A stretch of DNA of 64,000 nucleotides from an uncultured Gemmatimonadaceae bacterium (GCA_964580055.1 CAZOJI010000012.1:7581-71580), one strand, 5' to 3'. Counted from the first letter of the stretch, positions 30,972 to 41,394 are shown. Program-made: numbers and translations. The notes: a model not told the origin generated them from the letters alone.

Positions 30972-32900
30972 TCAAGTGGAAGGAGCCTCTTTCCCAAGAG
31001 CTTCCCTGATTTCTCCGGCAGCATCTATGGCAACCTCTACATCTAGTCGCAAGGCGCGGGCCTGTTGCGTGGCGGAGGTGAGATCGGAGATCACTGCCTC
31101 AACTCCGGCCGAGCGCAAGCGCAGCAGATCGAACCGGACGTTTTGGATCGCCAGCAGACAGGACTGGAATTGCGACTCAACGGTCTCCCTCCGGTTCTTC
31201 AGTTCCTCGAGAGATTCTCGCTGTCGTTTCAGCAGCTCCAAGCGCCGATCGTCATCCTCTCCCTGCCCGCTCTCTTCGAGCGCGGCGATGCGCGCGTCCA
31301 GTTCCTCCACAGTCTCGACCTCCAACCCACCGTCCATGCCATTGAGCGCCCGAGCGAGATCCATCGCGCGTTCCATCAGTGATTCAACGGTCTGAACCAC
31401 GTCGGGTAGCAGCTTCCTGTCAGCCTCTGGCAGTCTCTGGACCGTCTGGAAGATCGCGGCCTTGTCCTTGCGCATCTGCTCAAGCTGCTCTGCATACTTG
31501 CCAAACTCTTGCGCCTCCTCCTTGGCCATTGGGGCAGGCAGATTCGCGGCAGGCCGATTGGCTGAGTGAGATGCGGAAAGCAGTGAATCCTTGGCAGGTG
31601 GAGGGCTGAGCACATCCTTCATGCTGTAACCCTCGGCCCAGAGCTTTCCGTACTGGGAGGCAAGTCCAATGCCCCAAGCAATGGCGGGAAACAAGAACCA
31701 GGGGTTGTCGATGCCGGTGGTCACGACGTTGAGAAGCAATAGACCCCCATTCACCGACACGTAGGATGCGAAATTGGACCGGAATTTTCTAACGAGGCCG
31801 GCTTCTCCTACGCCCGACTCCTCTTCCTTCTTGTCGGGTCGCTGTTCGCGTTCGGATCGGCGGACTGGCGGTTTGTGTCGGCGATGCTCCGGTCTTCTGT
31901 GATCGGGTCGTCGCTGCCGTTCATCCCACCATTCGCCCCAGTCGCGGGATGCTTCGCTCGGCTGGTCCGGGGAACTGCGGTTGGACGTTTTGCTGCCCGA
32001 AGGTCGCCTCGCCGCGCCGGCGCGAGGTCTGTATGGGCCGGAGGTGCGACTCTCTAAAGCACGGCGTAAGGCATCGGCTGTCGGCCAACGCTTTTCGGGA
32101 TCCTTTTCGAGGCAACGCATGATGGTGCCTGCGAGTTCTTCCGGGACCTCTGACCGGATGTGCAACAGGTCGGGTGGGGGCTCCGTTATCTGTTTCATGA
32201 GGAGCCCGGGAACCGTTGGTGCGCGGAACGGGGGCTTGCCGGACAGCATCTCGAACGCCACGATACCCAATGCATAGATATCGCTGCGGGCGTCGATGTC
32301 GCTCTCGCCCGCAGCCTGCTCAGGGCTCATGTATGTCGGCGTGCCAAGAGCGACTCCCGTTCCGGTCAAAGTTCCCGCGCCAGCTTCGGACAATGCCTTG
32401 GCAATGCCGAAGTCCGTTACCATCACGCGACGCCGCGTTCCCTCGAGCAGAATATTGTCGGGTTTGACGTCGCGGTGAATGATTCCAGTTGCATGCGCGA
32501 GTCCCAGCGCGTCGGCGGTCTCCTTGACTACACGTCTCGCCTCTTCTACGGGAAGGCGACCCCTGCGCCTCAAACGCTGCGCGAGAGATTCGCCATCCAC
32601 ATAGCCCATCACGAAGTAGACTAAGTCGTCTTTTTCGCCGACGGTGTGTATTGGTACTATATGAGGATGGGAAAGACGGGCGGCGGTTTGGGCCTCGCGG
32701 ATGAATCGCTTCTTGATCTCCTGCCGGAAGGCCAACTCAGGCGGCAGGAGTTTGATGGCCACACGACGCTTCAATTGCTGGTCGCGTGCGCTGTAAACCA
32801 CACCCATCCCACCGCGACCGATCTCCCCCTCTATCACGTAGGAGCCTGCAAGTACCTCGGTCAGCTTTGCGGCAAGTGGTTCTAAGTTTGCTTCGTCCAT
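30972..32900 (-). CDS. Hanks-type Ser/Thr kinase with 2TM hairpin and coiled-coil C-terminus
   Basis: GRGGMG, VAIK, HRDVKPDN, DFG, GTPTYMSPE, DIYALG; later YVSVN..PWFLFPAIAWGIGL; start MDEAN at 32900 inferred. Confidence 0.92.
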   Translation of the reverse strand: MDEANLEPLAAKLTEVLAGSYVIEGEIGRGGMGVVYSARDQQLKRRVAIKLLPPELAFRQEIKKRFIREAQTAARLSHPHIVPIHTVGEKDDLVYFVMGYVDGESLAQRLRRRGRLPVEEARRVVKETADALGLAHATGIIHRDVKPDNILLEGTRRRVMVTDFGIAKALSEAGAGTLTGTGVALGTPTYMSPEQAAGESDIDARSDIYALGIVAFEMLSGKPPFRAPTVPGLLMKQITEPPPDLLHIRSEVPEELAGTIMRCLEKDPEKRWPTADALRRALESRTSGPYRPRAGAARRPSGSKTSNRSSPDQPSEASRDWGEWWDERQRRPDHRRPEHRRHKPPVRRSEREQRPDKKEEESGVGEAGLVRKFRSNFASYVSVNGGLLLLNVVTTGIDNPWFLFPAIAWGIGLASQYGKLWAEGYSMKDVLSPPPAKDSLLSASHSANRPAANLPAPMAKEEAQEFGKYAEQLEQMRKDKAAIFQTVQRLPEADRKLLPDVVQTVESLMERAMDLARALNGMDGGLEVETVEELDARIAALEESGQGEDDDRRLELLKRQRESLEELKNRRETVESQFQSCLLAIQNVRFDLLRLRSAGVEAVISDLTSATQQARALRLDVEVAIDAAGEIREALGKEAPST

Positions 32901-32982
32901 GTGGCGCCTGATCAAGTCCGAGCGTAGATTAACGTGGCACATAGCAGCTTGCAACCTATGATTGCCCTCATTATGGAGGCTT

Positions 32983-33231
32983 ATGCGCTGGTTGAGCGAT
33001 GATTCGGGAACGCGTTGGGCGGTTGAACGAGTCGGGCGAACCTCTGGGATGGTGCCAACCAAGAAGTCTTCCAAGGCATCTTTCCCTGAGCCCATGGACA
33101 TCGTCCGTTTCAGCTGCGCCTCCGAAAAGACTGAGTCCGCTCGGGAGGTGACCACCCGCGCTGGCCTGCTAGAGCAACTCACCGACTCAGAGTTGAGGGC
33201 CCTCCTCAAGATCGCCAGACGCGTTCCCTAG
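32983..33231 (+). CDS. Small hypothetical protein
   Basis: GGAGG before ATG 32983; divergent from the kinase; D..G..W.V and L..L...EL..LL pattern. Confidence 0.6.
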   Translation: MRWLSDDSGTRWAVERVGRTSGMVPTKKSSKASFPEPMDIVRFSCASEKTESAREVTTRAGLLEQLTDSELRALLKIARRVP

Positions 33232-33360
33232 CACACCTCCTTTCAAAGGATCAGGGTTACGTCCACCGCCAACGTGGCAGCAATCACCGTGCGGTCGCGC
33301 CAAAACGGCGCACACGATTCATGCCTCCGCCAATAATGCTGACCAGATGGCACCAAGGCC

Positions 33361-33376
33361 GGGCATGATAACTGCC
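33361..33376 (+). promoter_or_regulatory. Candidate sigma-54 promoter of lon
   Basis: GGGCATGATAACTGCC fits GG-N10-GC (TGGCACG-N4-TTGC). Confidence 0.45.
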
Positions 33377-33432
33377 AACCACTTCGTTTCGAATCCACAG
33401 ATAGATATCAACATTCACTTGGAACGGCTACG

Positions 33433-35805
33433 ATGAGCGAACCAGATACTACCCGCAAGCGCCTACCAGTGCTGCCCTTGAGAGGCCTCGTGCTGTTCCC
33501 TGGTGTGACAGCGCCGATCGGCGCCGGCAGGCCCCGCACTCTCGCCGCAATTGAAGCGGCGCTCAAATCGGAAGACCGGCTGATATTTGCTGTCTGCCAA
33601 CGAGAGGATAAAGAAGACGTCCAACCGGAGGGCCTGTACACGATGGGCACGATCGCCCGGATAGGCCAGCTGCAGCGCGGCCTGGGTGGCGTGCAGCTGC
33701 TCCTGCAGGGTGAGTCCCGCGGAACGGTGTTGCAGTACAGCGAAAACGAGACTTTCCTCGAAGCGGTTGTGGTCGAGGCCGCAGATCTCGAGGCGATAGA
33801 GCCCGACGGAGCGGCGTTCCAGGCACTTTACCTCGAATTGAAAGAACGAGCCACCGAGCTCGGTGAAAAACAGGGGATTCCGGAAGAGGTTGTGCAACAG
33901 GTACTCGAGGGAGTGGAGAATCCCGGCCGGTTCGCTGATTTGGTGGCCGGTTACGCCGATATGTCACCGCGAGACCGGCAGAACCTGTTGGAAACTCTAG
34001 GTGTGGAGGAGCGGCTGAGACGCGTGCTACTGCACGTCCAGCGCCAGATCGGCCTGCTGGACGCCCAGGCGGATATCAAATCTCAGGTGCAGGAAGAGCT
34101 CGGCGAGCGTCAGCGCGAGATGTTCTTGAGGGAACAACTGAAGGCGATCAGGAGCGAACTCGGAGAGGACGACGATTCCGCTGACGTCGATGAGCTACGT
34201 GAGCGCCTCGAGCAGCTCGAGCTTTCTGAGGAGGTCCGGAAAGAGGTAAAACGTGAGTTGAGCAGGCTGGGACGAGCGCCAAAGGAATCAATGGAATCGC
34301 AGGTTATCCGAACTTTCCTAGAGACCGTGGCGGAGCTTCCATGGACGGAACGTACCGATGACCACCTGGATCTCCCTTCGGCTGAAGCCGTACTCGACGA
34401 GGACCACTACGGACTCAAGGACGTCAAAGACAGGGTGCTTGAGTACCTGGCCGTCCGACAGCTGCAGAGCCAGAAACCAAATGGAGACGAACCGGCTGGC
34501 AACGAAGATGATCGCCGACCCCAGGGCACTATTCTGCTGTTCGTGGGACCGCCGGGAACCGGAAAGACCTCTGTCGCGAAATCGATCGCCCGGGCCATGG
34601 GTAGAGAATACGTCCGCATCTCTCTGGGCGGTGCGAGAGACGAGGCTGACATTCGCGGGCACCGGCGCACTTACGTGGGTGCGATGCCCGGCAGAATCAT
34701 CGACGGAATCAAGCGTGCCGGCACGAAGAACCCGGTGTTCCTGCTCGACGAAGTCGACAAACTTGGCATCTCCTTCCAGGGTGATCCTGCATCAGCGCTG
34801 TTGGAGGTCCTGGACCCGGCCCAAAACGACAGCTTCACAGATCATTATCTGGGAGTTCCGTTCGATCTATCAGAGGTGATGTTCATTGCGACCGCCAACC
34901 TCAAAGCAAGCATACCGCCACCGCTGCTCGACCGCATGGAGTCAGTTGAGTTCGCGGGATACACGGAGAGCGACAAGCTCGCCATCGCGAGACAGTACCT
35001 GTTGCCTCGCCAGTTGTCGCAGGCGGGCCTCTCGGCCGAACAGCTCACAATCGACGACGAAGCAATAACCTCCGTTATCGCAAGCCATACACATGAGGCT
35101 GGCGTGCGGCAGCTCGAGCGCGAACTCGGCAAGATGGCGCGCAAGGTGGCAAGGCGCATTGCCGCCAATGAAGTAGAAAGCGTATCGGTTACCAAAGATG
35201 AGGTTCGCGAGATTCTGGGCCGCCCCACCGTGCACCCCGAGCATGCCGCGCAGACAGATCAAGTCGGCATCGCTACAGGCCTTTACTACACGCCGGCGGG
35301 GGGGGACATCATGTTCGTCGAGGTTTCCGCGATGCCCGGCAAGGATCAGTTGGTGCTCACCGGGCAGCTCGGTGACGTCATGAAGGAATCAGCACGTGCG
35401 GCCTTATCATATGCAAAATCGCACTGTGACGATTTTGATATTCCGCAAGAGGGATTCACGGACAAAGACATTCACGTGCACGTTCCAGCAGGAGCCATCC
35501 CGAAAGACGGCCCGTCGGCCGGTGTCACCATAGCCGCGGCCTTGGTCAGCAGGCTATCAGGCGTGCCAGTGCGGCACGATCTCGCAATGACGGGGGAAAC
35601 TACTCTCTCCGGTCGGGTACTCCCAATCGGTGGGGTGAAAGAGAAGGTGCTTGGCGCCATTCGCGCGGGGATCACGGAAATCATCCTTCCCGAGGAGAAC
35701 ATTCCGGACTTGGACGACCTCAGCGAGGATGAGCGCGAGCGCATCACCGTGCATTCCGTGAAGACCCTCAGTGACGTTCTCTCGCATGCACTGAAAAAGC
35801 CGTAA
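33433..35805 (+). CDS. lon: ATP-dependent Lon protease
   Basis: LPVLPLR, DHYGL, GPPGTGKT, RGHRRTYVGAMPG, PKDGPSAG, IGGVKEK. Confidence 0.97.
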   Translation: MSEPDTTRKRLPVLPLRGLVLFPGVTAPIGAGRPRTLAAIEAALKSEDRLIFAVCQREDKEDVQPEGLYTMGTIARIGQLQRGLGGVQLLLQGESRGTVLQYSENETFLEAVVVEAADLEAIEPDGAAFQALYLELKERATELGEKQGIPEEVVQQVLEGVENPGRFADLVAGYADMSPRDRQNLLETLGVEERLRRVLLHVQRQIGLLDAQADIKSQVQEELGERQREMFLREQLKAIRSELGEDDDSADVDELRERLEQLELSEEVRKEVKRELSRLGRAPKESMESQVIRTFLETVAELPWTERTDDHLDLPSAEAVLDEDHYGLKDVKDRVLEYLAVRQLQSQKPNGDEPAGNEDDRRPQGTILLFVGPPGTGKTSVAKSIARAMGREYVRISLGGARDEADIRGHRRTYVGAMPGRIIDGIKRAGTKNPVFLLDEVDKLGISFQGDPASALLEVLDPAQNDSFTDHYLGVPFDLSEVMFIATANLKASIPPPLLDRMESVEFAGYTESDKLAIARQYLLPRQLSQAGLSAEQLTIDDEAITSVIASHTHEAGVRQLERELGKMARKVARRIAANEVESVSVTKDEVREILGRPTVHPEHAAQTDQVGIATGLYYTPAGGDIMFVEVSAMPGKDQLVLTGQLGDVMKESARAALSYAKSHCDDFDIPQEGFTDKDIHVHVPAGAIPKDGPSAGVTIAAALVSRLSGVPVRHDLAMTGETTLSGRVLPIGGVKEKVLGAIRAGITEIILPEENIPDLDDLSEDERERITVHSVKTLSDVLSHALKKP

Positions 35806-35856
35806 GCGAAAGCGACACGGCAGAGATTAGCTGGTCGGTTGGCTTCGGAAAGGTCG

Positions 35857-36933
35857 TTAGACGAACTCGAGCGTCCAATCGGCCAGCTTTGCAATCAAGG
35901 CCAGGCGGAACGTGACGTCTGTACGTCTGCGTTCCGGGGTCTTACCGTCCAACTCGAGTGGAAACGCGAAGACTGCAAGCTTCGAACCACTTCGAGGAAT
36001 CGTCCGTAGATTCTTCGGGTTCCACGTTCCTTCTTGGTCGCAGTCTTCCAACAGTCTCGCGAGAACCTTCTGAGCTACAGGTGCCTCCTCCAACATACCC
36101 AGCCTCACCAGGAGTTCTATCCAGTGGAGGGCCCATGGGATGTCATCGGTATTGCCATCACCGTCGGCTTGAAGCGGATTGCCGAGTAGGTGAAAAGTGG
36201 GCTTGATGGTCCTTTTCGCCACCTGCATTGACCACGCAGCTTCAGGAGCCGGCCTGTCCAGAAAGCGTCCCAGCCGGTCGACGAATCCAGCTCGCTCGCG
36301 CTGCAGTCTCGGCATGTACGCCAACATGGCTACTGAAAAGACTGTCGGAAGCTGGGCATCCGGATCGAGAACGTATTTCGAACCCTTCTTGACGAGCGGG
36401 TCCCCGGCAAGGTCACTTCTGAGAAAGCGAGACACGCCCGATATTATGCGATGCGCGCCGCCGCGTACCCTGGGATCTTCACCACGCCCTGCATGGGCCA
36501 GAGCGCAAGCAACGCCCTCTCTGAGCATATCCCGCGACCAAGCTCCGAATTCGGCGCTCCCGGAAGCTGGCTTCTGGTACTCGAACCACAAAGACGGCGT
36601 GTCGTCCTTGGAGAGGACCCTGAAGAACAACCGGTCCGCAAACCGAAACGGGCGAATGTCCCTCGGTGCACCGAGTTCAACGAGGCGACGGTAATGAGCC
36701 ACTGTCCCGACATCTTTTATGCCCTGGGCCTTCGACGGCGCGATTCCCAACACGTTGCCGCTCCATGAGCCGTTCTGCCATTGTCTCCTCGTAAGGTGTT
36801 TGACCGTGCGGAATGACCTTACTTCCTCTCGCAGTTCTGCGAGTTCTTCATCGGAGACATCCCCCGGGGGCAGGATTTCGGTTGCGACGCGCAGCCGGAT
36901 GGGTGCGCAGGCATTCTCCTGCAGCCAGGTCAA
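35857..36933 (-). CDS. Hypothetical protein, possible alpha/alpha-barrel (prenyltransferase-like repeats)
   Basis: Long ORF; QWQNGSW and DQEGTW resemble QW motifs. Confidence 0.6.
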   Translation of the reverse strand: MTWLQENACAPIRLRVATEILPPGDVSDEELAELREEVRSFRTVKHLTRRQWQNGSWSGNVLGIAPSKAQGIKDVGTVAHYRRLVELGAPRDIRPFRFADRLFFRVLSKDDTPSLWFEYQKPASGSAEFGAWSRDMLREGVACALAHAGRGEDPRVRGGAHRIISGVSRFLRSDLAGDPLVKKGSKYVLDPDAQLPTVFSVAMLAYMPRLQRERAGFVDRLGRFLDRPAPEAAWSMQVAKRTIKPTFHLLGNPLQADGDGNTDDIPWALHWIELLVRLGMLEEAPVAQKVLARLLEDCDQEGTWNPKNLRTIPRSGSKLAVFAFPLELDGKTPERRRTDVTFRLALIAKLADWTLEFV

Positions 36934-37094
36934 GGGGACTCGAAGTTGTGTGGGTAGGTCCAGAATATCATCCCCATTACAGAACGGTTGCCGAGTAATG
37001 GCGAGAAACTATCGCTTCGGCCGCGTTTCGGCCAGTGGTCCGAGCCGCATCCGGGAGCCGTTTGGAAAGATCGCCCTGTCAGCCGCAGTCGTGG

Positions 37095-38012
37095 TCATTG
37101 GGACTTGGGGCCCGGGCACACAACCCGTGCCAGGCCGCCATTCCTCCCGAAAGCTGACTCGCTGGTCAATATGATGGTTGTCTCGTCGAGATAATCGACT
37201 GCCTCGCCTTGGGGCTGGCGGAACCCGAGCCAACAGGGACTGGAGCGCAAGTCCCAATCGCCTTCGCTAGTGAGAGTGAAGAAATAGAGCTCGGTGTACG
37301 TTCGAACAGCCAAGAACCGCCCACTTGGCGAAATAGCAGCAGCGGTAACTAGCCGCCCTTGGAGCGACGGCACAATCGGCAATGTATCTACAACCGTAAG
37401 ACCAACGAAATCCCTATCCAGGTTGCCCGCAGCTAGCGAATAGAGTTCTATCGGTTCTCTGGTGCCTTTGGTGATCAATAGGATGTCCCGGTTTGGCGTC
37501 ACTGCCAGCGCTTCGACATCGCGCGGGCCGTCCGCATAAGTAACACGGAGCCGTTGCGCCGGTTGAGTGCGAGTAGGCGATGATTTCGCTGCCGTCGAAA
37601 CGTCTGGTTCCGGGATTATGTAGATGACACCATAATCGCGTTTCGCGTCGTTGTCACCGGTGTCGGCAATGTATATGCAGGCATCCTGCTGGTAGCCGTT
37701 TGGACACGGCCCAAGCGAGATATCTTCCCAATCCTGCGCTTCAGCGCCTCTTACGCGGAAAGTCCCGAGATCTGAGCCGTGCAGGTTTGTGGCATACAAG
37801 AGTGCTTCGTCTCCCGAGTCATTATGGGTCCAAATCACACCTGGCTGGCGCTTACTCACCGCGACTCCAGAGCTCTCGCGCAGCCGGCCGGCGTCGAACA
37901 CTCCGGTTTCTTCGTACGACAGCGGCTGGATTGTCTGGGCGACAATTGGCAATTGACCAATCGACAGAGCGAACACGATCCATGTCGCCGATGCAGGACA
38001 TTTATGCTCCAC
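37095..38012 (-). CDS. Secreted beta-propeller-like hypothetical protein
   Basis: ESSG, WTHNDSG, DWEDI, IADTGDN, DVEAL, QGEAV motifs; signal-like N-terminus; start uncertain. Confidence 0.7.
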   Translation of the reverse strand: MEHKCPASATWIVFALSIGQLPIVAQTIQPLSYEETGVFDAGRLRESSGVAVSKRQPGVIWTHNDSGDEALLYATNLHGSDLGTFRVRGAEAQDWEDISLGPCPNGYQQDACIYIADTGDNDAKRDYGVIYIIPEPDVSTAAKSSPTRTQPAQRLRVTYADGPRDVEALAVTPNRDILLITKGTREPIELYSLAAGNLDRDFVGLTVVDTLPIVPSLQGRLVTAAAISPSGRFLAVRTYTELYFFTLTSEGDWDLRSSPCWLGFRQPQGEAVDYLDETTIILTSESAFGRNGGLARVVCPGPKSQ

Positions 38013-38103
38013 TGACTTTCCTCCCGTACCGCGTGAACGTAGCCTAAGGAAATTGTATGCGCGAACTTGCCACGGTGGCAGTGGCCCGTCATAATTCCTC
38101 GCC

Positions 38104-40119
38104 ATGAACCCCACACTGATGAAAATGCCGATCGAGAAACTCCCGGATCACGTACGATTGACCGGTCGAGTCTTGTTCCTCGTGGACGATCCAGAGCTGA
38201 TCCGTCGTCAACTCGCGGGAGAAGATCTCCCCTGGCCGAATTCCAGCCCGCTACGCGACAACATATCCACGGATGAAATCACGCCTGCTTACATCTGCTA
38301 CTACTATGACGATACCCTCGGCGACTTTCCTTACCTTGGTCTAAAAGCCGGTGACGAATTCCCGATAACTCGCGGCAGCGTTCGCAGCGGCGGTTTCGTC
38401 TGTTCGGTGAGCGGGAAGAGGCGGGGCAAGGGTTCGTCCCGGGAACAGTCACCGTACGCCGAGATGTGTGCCGGTATCAAGGTGGTCATCGCGGAAAACA
38501 TCGAGCGTATCTACCGCGAGAATTGTCAGAACCTCGGCATACTCACCAGCACCGACTTTTCACTCATTGAGAGGATAAGGTCGGGAGATGCCATACCGCT
38601 ATCCGACTTCACCACAGGAGAAGGCGAGATAACCCGTGAGATAATCGAGTATGGCGGTCTCTTCAACTACAACGTGGCGAGGTTGCAGGGCAAAGTCTCT
38701 GTTCCGGGAGTAGAGACGTCTGCGCGACCAGTGACGTTGGGAGAGAAGATCATCGCGCGGCACTGGGTGACGGATCTCGCCCAAGGTGCAATCGGCGTTC
38801 AGTACCTGAAACCGGGAGACGAGGGCTTCGTGCGCACCGACATTCGTTTCAGCCACGAGTACGTCACACCCATGTCAGCCATATTCTGGGAGGACCTGGT
38901 TGGTGCCGACGAGAAGGTCGTGGACCCGCAATCGGTGTTCTTCTTCCGCGATCACCTGACGTTTCTCGAACTCACCATGACGGAGGAGCGAAAGGCGTCA
39001 GGGCTCTTGGATGTCGCCTTGGAGCTGAAGAATAAGCAGGAGGAGTTCGCGGAAAAACAGGACGTCCAACTCTACGGTGAACTTCCCAGGCTCGGTTCTC
39101 GCGAGCCTGTCGGATCCGAGGCCATATGTCACTCGAAGATTCTCGAGGAACATGCACTGCCGGGTCATTTGGTCATCGGCAGTGATTCCCACACCTCGCA
39201 CGCTGGAGCAATCGGATGCGTCGCATTCGGTGTGGGCACCACGGCAATCTTCAACTCTTGGTTAACCAAGGATGTGCGCATCAAGGTACCGGGGTCTGTC
39301 CTGGTGCGGGTTGATGGAGCAGCACCTCCCAACGTGACCGCCAAAGACTTCATGCTCGAGATCTTGCGCAACCCGTATGTGAAGAATGGTCATGCAATCG
39401 GGAAGATCATAGAGTACTCGGGTGAGGCAGTGTCCTCATTGGCTGTCGACGATCGTGCGACTATGACCAACATGGCCGCTGAGGTCGGCGCATTCACGGG
39501 ACTCGTCGAGCCGGATGAGAAAGTGGTGGAGTTCCTGGTCAGAGAACGCCAAATGGATGCTGCGGAGGCTCGTAGCAGCCTTGAAGGGTTGGCGGCTGAC
39601 TCCGGTGCCGAATACGAAGAGGTCATCGAAATCGATGCCGGCAACCTGCGGCCAATGATTGCCCTTCCCGGTGACCCCGGCAACGGAATGTTCCTAGAGG
39701 AACTCGACGAGGAGATCAAGATCGACATCGCTTATGGCGGCTCCTGCACCGGAGCCAAAAAGGCCGATATGGATATGTACGCTAGAGTCTTCAAAGCGGC
39801 ACTGGCTTCCGGGAAGAAAGTGCACGAGGACGTCAGCTGTTTCATCCAATGCGGATCGCAGGAGGTGAAGCGCTACTGCCAGGAGCAGGGGTACCTGAGT
39901 GTGTTCCAGGAAGTTGGCGCGGAGTTCATCGAGCCCTCCTGCGGTGCCTGCATCAATGCCGGACGCGGCGTATCGTACAGTGAGGACACGGTGACAATCA
40001 GCGCGATAAATCGGAATTTTCCCGGGCGATCGGGCCCTGGTCAACTCTATCTCGCTTCGCCTTATACGACAGCAGCGAGCGCTATTGCCGGCCGTATTGT
40101 GGCTTGGAATCCAGCTTAG
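38104..40119 (+). CDS. Aconitase-superfamily hydro-lyase, fused swivel (LeuD-like) + large (LeuC-like) domains
   Basis: DNISTDEITP, GKGSSRE, ERIYREN..N.G; then DSHTSHAGA, GSCT, CGACIN, NRNFPGR, YLASP. Confidence 0.9.
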   Translation: MNPTLMKMPIEKLPDHVRLTGRVLFLVDDPELIRRQLAGEDLPWPNSSPLRDNISTDEITPAYICYYYDDTLGDFPYLGLKAGDEFPITRGSVRSGGFVCSVSGKRRGKGSSREQSPYAEMCAGIKVVIAENIERIYRENCQNLGILTSTDFSLIERIRSGDAIPLSDFTTGEGEITREIIEYGGLFNYNVARLQGKVSVPGVETSARPVTLGEKIIARHWVTDLAQGAIGVQYLKPGDEGFVRTDIRFSHEYVTPMSAIFWEDLVGADEKVVDPQSVFFFRDHLTFLELTMTEERKASGLLDVALELKNKQEEFAEKQDVQLYGELPRLGSREPVGSEAICHSKILEEHALPGHLVIGSDSHTSHAGAIGCVAFGVGTTAIFNSWLTKDVRIKVPGSVLVRVDGAAPPNVTAKDFMLEILRNPYVKNGHAIGKIIEYSGEAVSSLAVDDRATMTNMAAEVGAFTGLVEPDEKVVEFLVRERQMDAAEARSSLEGLAADSGAEYEEVIEIDAGNLRPMIALPGDPGNGMFLEELDEEIKIDIAYGGSCTGAKKADMDMYARVFKAALASGKKVHEDVSCFIQCGSQEVKRYCQEQGYLSVFQEVGAEFIEPSCGACINAGRGVSYSEDTVTISAINRNFPGRSGPGQLYLASPYTTAASAIAGRIVAWNPA

Positions 40120-40164
40120 ACCGAGAGATCTGGGACACCCACTCTTCGCAGGAACAGCGGGTTT

Positions 40165-41394
40165 TCACCTGCCGCCGTCAGGTGAATCTCTGGCATCAGG
40201 AGCAAGCAGCGTCGGGCTCTGAGTTCGCCTGAAGGCAGCTGCGGGATACCTGCCGCTCGCGTTCCAAAGCACCCATTCGGTGAGACCGAGATCCTCGGCC
40301 GCGTCTATTTCCGCTCTCACCTCGTTCGCAGTGTATCGCACTCGCCTGATCGAGAATGACTGCAGGAAGGGACGGATCCTAGCGGCTCCTTCGACTGCAG
40401 CGGCGCGCTCGATGCCGTCCTCCAGAGCTCGCCTCACGGTTTCGTAGGGTTCCGCATTGGGCCAGGGGATTCCATACGCGCCAGCGTGATAGTGACTCGG
40501 GTAGACCATCGGGAGCACGACGTCTGTGGTTGCGAGTATGTCCTCCCAATATTGTCCTATCCCGAGGTCGTTTCTCGCGCTCGTCGCAAGACCGAATACG
40601 TCAACGGTGAACGGCACTCCAAGAGCTCTGACTCTTCTTGCTGCAAGCTCCAATCCCCTGCGTACGCCGTCTCGTCTTGTTTCGCCAGGCCTGCGACAGC
40701 CGAAGACGGTGTTTTCGAGGTTCTCGGCGGGCTCATCCGGGAACCGCACATAGTCGAATTGAATCTCCCGGAAACCCAACAGCACAGCCTCGGCGGCTAT
40801 CTCTGCCGCGTAGATCCAGACGGAATCACAGTACGCGTCGACCCAGGGGTCGCCGAAACGATCGTGCCACAATCCTCCATCGACATTCCTTACAGCCCAT
40901 CCAGGTTTGTGGTTCGCCAGCATCGTATCTTTTGCGACCACAATCCGTGCTATGGGATGGACCTCGTGCTCCTCCAATATGGCCAGTCGTTCTCGCACGT
41001 TTCTCGCTCGTACCAGGCGGTTCGCCCCGATTTCAACCGCGGTCGGGATGCTGGATCGGTAGGTGATGAATCCGCGCACGTCCTTCACGTCTATGACGAA
41101 CGAATTGATCTCGGTGGTGTCCGCAAGGGCAAGGAGGTCAAAGAAACGGCCGGAACTGAACAACCACGCATTCATGTACAAGCCGCGAACAGCTGCCGGT
41201 GGCTCGCCTGGCGGTGGCGCAGGCAAGCGTATCGAAGAGAAGTCTTCCGGCAGGATCTCGGCGAGATAGTCCGGCCGGAGCTCCCGGTGGTGCACGTTGA
41301 GCCAACTGGATCTCGTAGAGTCCTGCGCTGCGCCGGGATCCCCAACCTGGAGGAACACAGCCACTGCTGCCCAAACCTTCACGCCAAATCGCAT
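40165..41394 (-). CDS. Putative glycoside hydrolase (DUF4015-like TIM barrel), secreted
   Basis: VIDVKD..G, ARIVVAKD, EIQFDYVRFP, PMVYPSHY, RPFLQSF, LWNA. Confidence 0.8.
   Translation of the reverse strand: MRFGVKVWAAVAVFLQVGDPGAAQDSTRSSWLNVHHRELRPDYLAEILPEDFSSIRLPAPPPGEPPAAVRGLYMNAWLFSSGRFFDLLALADTTEINSFVIDVKDVRGFITYRSSIPTAVEIGANRLVRARNVRERLAILEEHEVHPIARIVVAKDTMLANHKPGWAVRNVDGGLWHDRFGDPWVDAYCDSVWIYAAEIAAEAVLLGFREIQFDYVRFPDEPAENLENTVFGCRRPGETRRDGVRRGLELAARRVRALGVPFTVDVFGLATSARNDLGIGQYWEDILATTDVVLPMVYPSHYHAGAYGIPWPNAEPYETVRRALEDGIERAAAVEGAARIRPFLQSFSIRRVRYTANEVRAEIDAAEDLGLTEWVLWNASGRYPAAAFRRTQSPTLLAPDARDSPDGGR

Noticed and set aside
32901-33209. 103-aa N-terminal extension of the kinase in the ORF track
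   Set aside because: It is antisense to the SD-supported small gene 32983-33231; the kinase more plausibly starts at 32900
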